64,000 nt of DNA from Takakia lepidozioides (Eukaryota > Plantae > Bryophyta). The notes under the pieces were generated by a model. It was not told the DNA's origin, searched no databases, and saw only the letters and a program-made list of their open reading frames with translations. The translations under genes and the position numbers were made by a program. The first letter of the stretch is position 1. The number at the start of each line of letters is the position of its first letter. Of this stretch, positions 23,669 through 35,055 are shown piece after piece. Location of the stretch: positions 12,958,001-13,022,000 of the forward strand of contig CM060733.1 of NCBI GenBank assembly GCA_030704615.1, in the 5' to 3' direction.

Positions 23669-25508
23669 TATGGAATGCCAAAAGGGCCATGCTTTCTCTT
23701 TCAGTTATGCATCCATGACCATTGGAAAGATGTCCATGACCACTGGATAGATGCCGGATGCAGCTGGAAAGATGTCGGCTACCACTGGTTACCCCTGGGA
23801 GGACCGCGGTCTTGCGTGACCATACTTTATACCAAGTATTTATATGAATACCGAGTAAATTTGACAAAGGCCCTGGGTCTTGCTTGACCATACTTTATAC
23901 CAAGTATTTATATGAATACCGAGTAAATTTGACAAATGCCCTAGGTTACAAATTCAAGGTATACGGTAACTTCACTATTGAGGAATTGTTAGATAGAATT
24001 CAATCCATCCAATTGGGGAGCATGGTGCAAATTGGGGCATTCTGCACGTCAAAGCAGCCCTGACACGGTTGAATGTAAGGGCTCCCATGCGGAAGATCAC
24101 AAGAGCATTGCAAGTGTTATTAGGTACCATTAAACATGTGGAATTTGTAGATGTGTTGGTTATCGGCACATTCCTTGTTTTTATTCTTTATGACCTTTTT
24201 TTTTCATTGATTAATTTCTTAGGGGCTCACTATGAAAGGAGGTATAGAGCATTCCCCCTGGCGCGGCGTCAATACAATGTTACAACACCAATGGCATTGT
24301 GGCATATTGACTGTAAGTTTATATTATTCATTATAATGTTATATCTTTTCTATTTATGCATGTGTTTTGATCACTTGATTTAACATAATTGCCAATGTTT
24401 TCTTTTTGATTAATTCTAAACTTTAAAATTTATTGCAGCCTATGACAAGCTTTCAATGTATGGTCTGCGAGTACATGGCTGCATAGATGGCGCCTCTCAT
24501 TACGTGCTCTACGCGACAGTAGCTAAGGACAAGACTAAGGAAACTATCTAAGAAGAGACTTACTACATCTTCAAAGAGATTCTATTCATAACGTCCATCA
24601 TTGCATAAGATATCGCAAGTCATAGAGGTCAGAAATTTATGATACTGGGTTATGGTATCTCCAAGCCAGTTTGGAAATCAATCATGTATGCCTGAACCTT
24701 GCTCTACACGTTAATGTGTAAGATGGAACAATTCGTTTGAGAAAAGTTCAAAAAACACGATATTATTTTGATGTATAACGCCGCCAAAGAAAGCTTGTTG
24801 AACCACTGCAAGTCTTTGATGAAAAACTAAAGAGACCAACTTGATATTTTGGGTGTGAATTATATAAAATTCACACTTGGATATGTGTGCAGCGCAACCC
24901 AAGTCCGATGTCGTAAGAGGCGGCCGTGTGTGGCCGGTCGTTCTGCAAGAGGCTCCTTTCAAGTGTTCGGCATCGGCAAATATCCTCCTTCTACTGCCTG
25001 ATCGCGCAAACGATATGCCTCATTGCGTTGCCTTCAAGCAGACAAAGTTCGCATCTCTTCCATACCCTACCCCATCCACCCACAACAACTAAAATTTGCT
25101 CTTCGACGAGTGTCCTCCAACACCAACGGTGTCTACTGTCTCACAGAATCCACCACACAACCTCAGCGACCCACACTCTTCTTCTCTCTCAATCCATAAA
25201 GCAAAACCTCCTCCTGAATCGCAAAACCCAAATGCACAACAACTAAACGGCTACCGTGGGAAGAACCCCCAAAACACCATGTTTTCCCCTCCCTCGAGCG
25301 AACCCTGCCCGCGCGATGAACCGGGCATTCTACAGAAAAATTTGGAACGTATGGAATTCCCATATAAATTTACTCGGTATTCGTATAAATATTGGGTATA
25401 AATTACGGTCATGCAAAACCGGGGTCCTCCCACGGGTAACCAGTGGCAACCGGCATCTTCCCAGTGGTCATGGATTTCTAGGAAGTATGGCCCTTTCAGC
25501 ATTCCATA
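23669..25508 (+). mobile_element. IS3EU-like DNA transposon, internally deleted
   Basis: TIRs of about 150-200 bp begin TATGGAATGC...AAGGGCCAT. Perfect 6-bp TSD CATGTC (23663-68 and 25509-14). Transposase remnant inside. Confidence 0.85.
23980..24551 (+). pseudogene. Spliced IS3EU-type (integrase-core) DDE transposase fragment
   Basis: Exons at about 23980-24124, 24223-24312 and 24439-24551 with GT-AG introns. Spliced peptide RRQYNVTTPMALWHIDSYDKLSMYGLRVHGCIDGASHYVLY matches the WHID.H.KL...G..IHG.IDG.S motif. Confidence 0.8.
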
Positions 25509-26442
25509 CATGTCATGTGGAGCACCATGTGCACTGTATTTACCACATTTGTCATCCCACCTTGGATGTGCATCCGAAAGGAGATATGGTTTTCATCCAT
25601 TAGGGCAAGTGGTTAGAGGGTATAGAAAGTTAAGAAACTCTATTTGTGCAAGTGACCTCATGGTGTTCGATATTGCAGATTTCGAGAACAAAACTTTTCA
25701 TAATCTAGAGGGAGAAATGATTACATGAATCTAACATTACTAATTTGAGTTAAACAAATACAGAAAAGTTGATGATAGTGTGGACAGACAAACCTCAGAT
25801 ATATTGAAGGAGGATTCAAAGAAGATAGGTATTCTAGGTCAATTGGGGGATTCCAACAGGTTTTAGAATTATTGCAATTCTAGGTATAGATAGATATGAT
25901 AAGTAGAAATCTCAAACAAATAAAGATTCTTTTAAATTAGTGGACCTTTTCTATCTCTCCACCTTTACATAAATGCATGCAGGTAGCTTTAGGCAGTCTA
26001 CTTTTACCAAGTTTGCCAAAGCTATCTATCTTTTGATTTCCATAGCAAGATCTTTATTATCATACCAAAAAGCCTACAGTCAGACGGTCTTGCCTTGAAT
26101 GTGAGCTCAAACTCCAAGCGGATCAACCGACAAGTATATAAATGGAGAATAAAATAAACTTCAACTTCTTTGAAAATCTTATTCCCGTTGTAGCCTCGTC
26201 GTTTTTTTTATTCCTCCTAACTTGAAGATTTTATGTTGTCATTTTTTTTTCATCAATATCTCTTTCTCTCCATTGTCACAATAAAATTAGATTGTTGCGG
26301 AGTTGTATCAATTTGAGTGAAAAAATGTAGAACCTAGGCACTTACTCCCCAATGCCTTTCAATATTAGTCTCTTCCACCTCATTTAGGTTTGTGTGCAGA
26401 CTCTAGTATTAGTTGCCCAGAACATCAACAATTATTGTAAAC

Positions 26443-28661
26443 ATGGGGGTCGATAAAGAGGATTTGACTACCCCGACAGCCAAGTCAGATTATATTGGAG
26501 ATACAACGTCTAAATCACCCATTGACCACGTCCTTCGGCGGGTTTCGAGCTGCTCTGATATATCTACACCGGTTGCTACTACAGATCCTCTACCATTTTT
26601 GCATGATTTTCAAGACATACCTCAACAAATATCTTTTTCCAAAGACCAACGATCCCGGAGAAGGTATGATGATTTTGCTCTAAGGTCATATCATAGCGAA
26701 CCACTTATAAATCCCCATTTTGGCAGCATTTTCAGTAAGTGAGGAGACCAAGTTCTGAGAGTTCATATGTTTTGTGTAAGTAAAATCATCATAACAATAT
26801 TTAGCAGATGTGGACCAATTTTTGAATTTCGATCAGATTGAGAACCCCTTCACGAGCCCGCTAAAGGAATTTGAGGGCTAGCTCTACTCTATGTCACAAA
26901 TCTAGTAGATAAGTAGCTAAAGATCCTACATCGTTACACCATAAATGAACGCAAGTTGTTTTGGAGCGATTGGGCACTTGCCAACTTTCGCCTCTTTTGT
27001 AAATAGACAACTTAGAAAGAAAATGTGTTAATAGAAGATGGATTTGCTTGCTGAATTTTGTCATATTTGCAAATGATTAAGAAATAGGATCATTTACCCA
27101 GCATTCCAATGGTGAGTACATTTTTTAGTAGGCTATAATTTCTAAGTCTATAGCCTATCCAATGCTGCCAAAGTGCAATCCATTATGCTTTGGAGTGGCC
27201 CTCCACCTAACTTACCCTTTATTATTATGATGGTTTGAGGCGGCGAGCCTGTCGCCCCTCACCTACCATAATGGTAGGTGGGAGCCCTTTCCAAGGTACA
27301 TTGATTTGTGGATAGAGGGAAAGAGATTCATAAAGCGCTCCATGCAAGAGAAATAATATGTTCAATACACAGAAAACCTGAAGTGTTTGATGGACAAAAT
27401 TAAAGTTCCAAACAAGAGAGAAACTCTCATTATGTCCACATGAAGCTCAAAAAGCTTCTGGGACCATTGTAGAACAAACCAAGAAAGGCCCCTCTGTGTG
27501 TGTGTACTCATAAGACTTTGTTTGGCCTTTGAGAAATAAAAGAACCTTATAACATTCACCACTTATGAGACATAAGAAGTAGGAATATATAAGAAAGATG
27601 GTGACCCATGAATGAGCAACCCAACAATTTTCTAACGTGGAACGAATTTATTAAAGAGAGAGGAAAAAAAATATAAAATATAAAAATGATAAGCTCGAAG
27701 AGCTTTATATGACAAATAACTAGAATTCATGTGTCATGCTACAACTGCTTAATGAAACACCAATATGACTTGAGCGAAATTCTTGAACCATGATATTCTT
27801 CAACCTCTTTAGGTCAAAACAGAGGGCAAGGAAGCGGTCGTCCACCCTCAACGTCCCAAGTGGGTACTCAGAACCAGGCCAATCCTCCGAACATCACGAG
27901 GATCACAACTCTCCAGAATTACAGGGCTTTCTTAGTAACCCCATCAAAGAAGAAAACGACATACGAGGCAGACCATCATTACTTAGAAAACTTTCATCGA
28001 GTCTTTATGAGGGTGTAAGGTTTTACAATCCACTGATGTATCCTGGAGGTAGTTAAATGATATCAAAACTTAGCGGTGTTTTTCTTCTTTTGTACTCATC
28101 TGACTTATTCTCTCTTGTTCTTCTTGTCTATAGACAGCATGCTTAGCCAATAGTTGTAGTGGTCTAGTTGTTGTGAAAGTTACTATTTATGTCTTTCTCA
28201 AGCTATGTGAGTTGTAATACAATTTTATTTTTTCTTCATTTCGTTGAAACCTAGGTTCACACAACTCATAAAATATATAGAAATAGTATTAGTTTGATAG
28301 TTTGCAATGTCTTTATGTCATACCAGTTGAATGAACAAACACTAGAAGTCAATCAAAATATATTGTGAGTAATAGTTACCAAAATTTGTTCTACTTCAAT
28401 GTCTATATCTAGCTCTTGACGTTCTTCTAGCACTTGATTTATCTGACTTGATTCTTGGCAAGCGATGCTATCATATTTGGAAAGAAAATAAAAATAATTT
28501 GAACATTTGTGCATGTGTTGCAGCCCATCCTCACTTTCGCTCAAGATACCACCAATGCAATTTAACTAGGTATGGTGCAACAGAGAGAATGCCCTACACA
28601 TTTGACAAGAGACCAATTATGGAGATCGATGGAGTTAATGCTTTCAGACGAGCTCTACAAT
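26443..28661 (+). CDS. Probable 5' exons of a host gene (S/R-rich, likely disordered)
   Basis: Exons 26443-26663 and 27813 to about 28012 join in phase (AG|G = Arg) with GT/AG sites. A further exon at about 28524-28661 ends at GTAAG. The link to the downstream coiled-coil exons is unproven. Confidence 0.55.
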
Positions 28662-29799
28662 GTAAGTTTTTAATTTTTTGAAGTTTTTAAAAGCAGGAAA
28701 CTATGGCCTTGGAATTCTTGAAGCATCAAGAGAACATAATGAGCAAATCAGTAAATGAAGTGTAGCTCACCAAATAGAGATCTTGTGGCGTAGATGAGTG
28801 GATCGAAGTGTGTTGGTGATCGAACAAAAATAACCACAGAATAAAAATACAAATACAAATCAAATCACATGATATATACATATAGCACAATGCTTAAAAA
28901 GAGCCTATTAACTAGGCTCTGAGGATGTATAGCAAAACATTGAGTTTTATAGGTTTTAACAGTAACGGTGAGTTTTAGATCAGTTGAGGAAGAATTTGGC
29001 TATACTCTCATTCATTATGTGGCATAGGGTACAAATGTAGTCTTTGATGTTTGTAATTACGATCTAACAATAGACGAATTTATCAAATCTTTCTTACTTC
29101 AAATTATATAGAACTTTGATCAAAAGTTATCTTCAGCCTAAGAAGACATACGATTTAGAGGGAGTACTGGTCACTTGGTTGTGCCATATGACCGTGAAAC
29201 AATATGTTCAAATACGAAGCGGAAGACAAGAGTCATTCCAATCAAGTGACACCATAAGTTACGCTTGTTTCGACAAGAGTCCATGTTTCTTTCTTTTTTA
29301 TTTTTTTCCCAATGGAAAAGCGTTCAGAAATATTATACACAATTTGAATTACTTAGCAATTATTGCACGACACATTGTGTGGGTGTGTGTGCGGGTGCGT
29401 TTGTGTGGGTGTGTGTTATAATCATCTTTCTCCACATACAATAATACTCATTCTATCAAAATAAGTGCATCAATGAGACCATTTTGACAGAGGTGTATAA
29501 AAATATTTTAGTTAATTTTAGTCATAGTTTATTTATTTTAATAAAATCAGAAAACTGATGAAAATATTACAAAAAAAAGATGTGTGTATAACGTACATCA
29601 CTTTCACAAAGTACAAAAAAGATATAATTTTTTCAAGCATCTTGAAAGACTTCAAATAGGGGGTTTTTGATAAAAGTGCAGAAAGGGTTTAACATTTTTT
29701 TTTTTTTTTTTCAAGCATCTCAATATAGTCTCAGTTGGTGAAAAAGTTTTTCTATTTTTAATAAATATTAATTATATATACTATATATACGTTGATGTG

Positions 29800-29965
29800 C
29801 ATTTTTTATTTTAGTGTCAAAGGAGCCCCAACAACTAGGCCTTGAGGGAGAAAATAAACCCTTTTATGAGGCCATGGAGGCAAACAGGGGCAGAGCCCCG
29901 GCAAAGAAAGATAACTTACAGGGGTTTGAACCCCAGGGCCCAGACCCATATGTCAATACATCCCT
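29800..29965 (-). mobile_element. Probable tRNA-derived SINE remnant
   Basis: Minus-strand B-box GGGTTCAAACCC (about 29921-29933) and an A-rich tail near 29800-29812. Confidence 0.45.
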
Positions 29966-32900
29966 TTCCATTTTCATAAAGGCGTAGAAGAGGTATTTTT
30001 TGTTATTATCCAAGATGAGTGCTCAAATACACATATTCTTTGAGTGGATATAAGAAAAATATTAAACAAATATGTCTCTTTATTTTACTGCTGAATGTAC
30101 GATCATATATATTATAGATTTTTTTTTATTCATTTGTTTATTTCACAAAACAAATCGTGGTGGTGTGGATTATTCACAAATCAAGATTGTAAAAATATAG
30201 TCATGGAATATATACAAAATAAGGTTTTATCTATTTTTTTTGGGGGGGGGGTTGTTTGCAACTCAAAAAAAATACAAATGAATAAACAGATTAACCTAGA
30301 GAATTGTGCATTGATACATACTTTTTCATATATGTGTAAGAAAATGTTTGTATGCACATGTTCTCTTTGAATTTTACCACTTGTGTTTGTTTAGACTAAA
30401 AAAAAAATTAGATCATATGTAATAGTGTATCCATGCCGATATACCATGTTGAATAATAACCATACATCATTAAGCTCACGGTTGGTATTAGAACCATCAA
30501 GCCTCACAGTTGGGGGGCTAAATTTCCATGAGTATACTCTTAAGTTTATGACCTGGAACACTCTGAACAAAGTTGTACTTCTATTCTACTTATATGGCGC
30601 CACTACTTGAAAACGAGATTCAGCCCCATTTTCTTTACTTTGTGGTGTGTTTAGTCTAATTTTTATGTATTTCATCCAATCACGTCCTCCACCTTGTATA
30701 TGACAATAGAATCATCATAGTTTTCAAATACATTCATATGGATGAGGTTTGGTTGTCTTAAAAAGCAAGTTCAATAAGTACATTGGGAGATGGACCAACC
30801 ATTGATCATTTGATATTGTTGAGCTTCATTCTAAATCTCTAGCTTGTCATTCTTAGCGCAAACACGATGTAGCTAGTGGCTCAATGCAAGTCAACCTATC
30901 TTTATGATCAGGAGCTCTAGATTAAATGATATCTACCAGCGACTTCTCCATTGTGGTGGGATTTGCTTTGGCCAAATGCAGGAATTAGGCGAAGTGTAAC
31001 AGCATATAAGGCCTTGCCTTGAACCCCAAGTTGCCCTGAAGGTTGCAAGGAGCGAATACTGACGTTCTGGAGCCTTGTCGATGTCTGCACACAATTTTCC
31101 CAAGCTTTTTTAGCTGCAATGGTAAGATCAAAGAAAACTTGTGTTAGCAGGGCAGTGGGCGAAAGTGTTTGCATTGTCAAGAGTTGAGGCACATCGGGCC
31201 TTCCATTGGTGCCAGAGCGTGGCACTTCTTACTTCTAAGCATTTAAAACACTAGGCAGTTGCTCCCTCTTGTTTTGACTCTCTAGTTGTAATTGAGAAGG
31301 AGCACTGGTTCCAGTGGAAAGTGAGCCCATAATTTGTGAAAATCCTGCACCATAGGCCATTTAGAGTGGGGAGCTTGGCAATACATTAGGCAATGTTCCA
31401 AAGCCTCAATGGAACCGACTGTACAATAGGTATAGAGAATAGCAATATTGAAGTTCAGATATTGTCCAACTTTCAACACTCTACTTGCCACTTGCCACTT
31501 GCCAGAGGAATGCACTTAATTTTGCAGATTTGGATTTCTCCCAAATAGTGGATCATATACTTTTCCAGTTTTCTTCCCTAAAGCAAAGAGGTGTCCCCAT
31601 TTCTCATCCCATTTTTCCAGTAATGGGGAGGGATTCAACAAAGCACGGTAGGGTTTCTTGGCTGAGTAAATAAAAAAAGGGTCCAAGTTTCCTCCAAGGC
31701 TCCAACACCATTCAGCTAGATCCAACTATAAGGTCTGAATGGCCTTTCCTCCTATCCACATGAAACTGCCCATAGTCAGCCATGGAAGCAAGGGTTTGTC
31801 TCGAGGAGCAGCGGGATTAAAGTCCTTAAATGGCATGGACTAGTGGCAGATGCGGGCAGAGGAGGCAATATGGGTTGGGCCTGGATGGTCAGTAGAAGGT
31901 CAGATAGAAGCGAGAGAGTTTCAGAGAACTTATAAGCTTAAAATTTATAACTAGTGATGGTGGTGCTGGTAATTTCCATGATGTAGATTATCATAAAGGG
32001 TAACGATTGGGTGACATTAACCAATTGGTGTGGCCAAATTTATTGTGCCCCATCCCTAAGAAGGATCTTCCAAGAGTCAGGGATGCTTTAGATAATTGTT
32101 GAAATTCCTGCCCTCAGCAGGCTTCTAGTGGTCCCTAGAGCAATCTGCATGGAGAGAGAGCTGCTCAACCAGAGGTGCTGGATTTGAGAAAAACCCCTGG
32201 TTTCCCATGTGGCCCCATCTTCCAGCCAAGAGGGTTGAGCATTGTTCAAGAAAAGATATTGTCTTAATGTCGCTTGGAAGGTAGTAGGCTCATTTTTACG
32301 AAGGAAGGGTGGAATTGTGCCATGCTACCCATATGGATGTCCATAGTAGCGAACCCGAGGATTTATGATTGAATCCTTGTGTGATCCATCGGTCTGAGAT
32401 AGCCTATGGTGAAGCCTGGAGAGGGGAGCTCATGGAGTATCGTATCCGCCACCAACAATTTCTACCATCCGCCCTCCGGGCTGAGGAAGCAAGGGAGTTA
32501 TTTACCACAAGAGTGCTTGGATTTGGGTTTCCGGGTCAAGAACCCCAAGCCCGCTCATTTTTTTGGGCAGACAAATCTGATGCCAAGAAACTTGTGGCCC
32601 CTTGTTTTCATGTGTAGAGTCCTGAGCCGGCCCCCAAATGAAATTTTGAATGCATATTTTGATTTGCTGGTAGAACTTGGAACTTGGCCCCTACGTGGAG
32701 ACGAAGTACCAAATTTCGGCAATCAAGACCTAGCAGCTAATGCCCTACCATTAATGGAAAGAAATCGAGATCCCCAGTAATCAAGTTTCTGCTTCAACTT
32801 AGAGAGATTTGGACCCATCCTTTGTTCTTTGGTCGAGATTTAGGCCAAGGTATGCTAAGGTATGCCCCAACAGTGTTGTGGATTCACCTTCTTTCGGCCA

Positions 32901-33898
32901 TTCCAAACCAAAGTTGTTCCCCCCCATGTCGGGGTCACACCAATGGAGGAGTTAGAGGTGCCTCCCACCAAGAGAGCTTTGGTTTTAGCCTAGTTGACCC
33001 TGAAGCCTAAAACTTGGCAGAACTCCTTGAGGGTTTCCATAACTACCTTCAGGGTAGAGGGATCCGCTTTAAGAAGCAGAAAGGTATCATTAATAAATAT
33101 GGAGCCTTTAACTAATTGAGTTAGACGTGTGTTTTTGTATTTTGACCCATTCTATCCTCCTCATTTTCCACCTGCATGTTAAAATCTCATGCAAACTTCC
33201 ATCGATGGGTGGAAGAATCATTAGTCATTTTCTGGTTTATTAGATTCCATAGGTTTATACAAGCAACGGGGTTATAATTAGGAGCGTGTATGTTAATTAG
33301 CCCAATGGGTTTGGGGTCTCCAGGGAGCTTGAGGGTGCAATTACCGGGCTCCCAAGTTTCATCTTTGACTCACATTGTTTAAGAGAGGGGGAAAGAAGGA
33401 TTGCACTACTTCCCCTGGTACCTTCGGAGGACGGTTTCCAGAGAGCTGCGGCGCTACACCACAGCTGCTCTAATAGAATATCGATTTTGTTTTGAGTTAA
33501 CTTATGTTCTTGAAGGAAGACTAGTACATCTGAGGGGATGAGGGGGACCCTCTCAGCTTAATCTTTTTAAGCATTGAGTGGTCAGAGCCGATCCCTCTTA
33601 TGATCCAAGAACAAAAATTAACCTGCATCAGGTGGTCCTATCAGGCTGAGATGGTAGTTATCAAATGATGACATGTAATTCAAGAGAAAACGGAACCTAG
33701 TCCGTCTATCAGAGGGGAGAAGCGATGAATATTGGGGCTTTGGTTATTGTTTTCTTGAGTTCAATAAGCATGACAAATGTTGGATGGTTATTATAGGTGT
33801 GAGTAGTGAGGGTCGGGAGGGGTAGGAAAATGTGCAGATGTTTCCCTGACCATGCGTACACATCTTGGTCTTCCCGACAATTCCATAAAGAAGTCAGA

Positions 33899-34717
33899 GA
33901 GGAATGCTAATTCGTGAGCCTATGAGCTTGGCTAGGCTCACGTGAGCTTGGGAAGGGACCCCATAACCGCAGATATTTCACCTATTTCCATGCATTCTGT
34001 GCATTTGCTTCTTGCCAATACTTATCCCATGATTGAATGACAACATCGGTCACAAACAACTTGTCGAGCGAAAAAAAATGTAATCACAAAAATCAAATTC
34101 ACTAACGAAACCCAAGTTTATGCTCATGTGAGTCCAATTTTGGACAAAAGCTTGAAAGGGATAAACCAGAAAAACAAGAAAACAAAATTGATGACGAAAC
34201 CCAAGTTTGTGCTCACGTGAGTTCAACTTTGGACACTCTTAGCTACGATGAGTTTACACTGTCGAACAACGAAATACTGCACATGGTGTCATATTTATTT
34301 TGGATGTCTTATTACTTTGCCTTCATTACCTCTTATGTGGGTGTTGAAACCCACATAATTCATGGGCCTCCCGCAAGTCCTCCAATGACACAATAAAACG
34401 GATTTTTTTTTTCAACTAATGTGAGGACTTATATGGGTGTTGACGCCCACATTCGTGGACCTTCTGCAAGTCCTCCAATGACAAAGAAAAAACAAAATCC
34501 CAAAATTTTCAATTCTTTTAAAAATATAAAATATGAGGACTTATGTGGGCGTTGATGCCATAATTCGTGGACCTCCCGCAAGTCCTCCAATGACCCAAAA
34601 ACAAAATTAAAAATTAAAAATTAATATAAAATGTGAGGACTTATGTGGATGTTGACACCCATATAATTTGTGGACGTATCGCAAGTCCTCCAATGACATA
34701 ATAAAAAGAAAAACTTT

Positions 34718-34753
<36 letters not shown>

Positions 34754-35055
34754 TAATATAGCATAATTTTGTGAGGTCTAGGAATTATATGGTCGTCAAC
34801 GCCCACATAAATCCACACACTTGATTATAGGTACATAATGAATGCACCAATACAATTCCAATTTTCCAAATGACATTGTTGGTATTCTCGCGAGAATAGG
34901 TCTACATTTGTCATCGGGTATAGGCTCCCTTCCTAATACCGCACCACTTTGTGCTCACGACCACTAAGCGTGACGTCTAAGCTCACGTTTAGTGGGTCAA
35001 GCATGAGCCTGGGTTCATAGGTTCATATGAGTAGGCTCATGACGTAGCTTCCCTC
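33899..35055. mobile_element. Non-autonomous Mutator-like element
   Basis: Termini GAGGAATGCTAATTCGTGAGCC ... GGCTCATGACGTAGCTTCCCTC. 9-bp TSD GAAGTCAGA (33890-98 and 35056-64). TGAGCC subterminal motifs. Confidence 0.85.
34330..34700. repeat. Four hairpin-containing repeats of about 65 bp with AT-rich spacers, inside the MULE
   Basis: GAGGACTTATGTGGGYGTTGACGCCCACAT...CGCAAGTCCTCCAATGAC near 34330, 34423, 34534 and 34635. Confidence 0.9.

Noticed and set aside
27225-27280. GC hairpin as a Helitron 3' end or miRNA
   Set aside because: No following CTRR terminus, and the stem is short and imperfect.
34330-34700. CRISPR-like repeat/spacer array
   Set aside because: Repeats are about 65 bp and degenerate, spacers are low-complexity A/T, the array lies inside a TSD-bounded plant transposon, and there are no cas genes.
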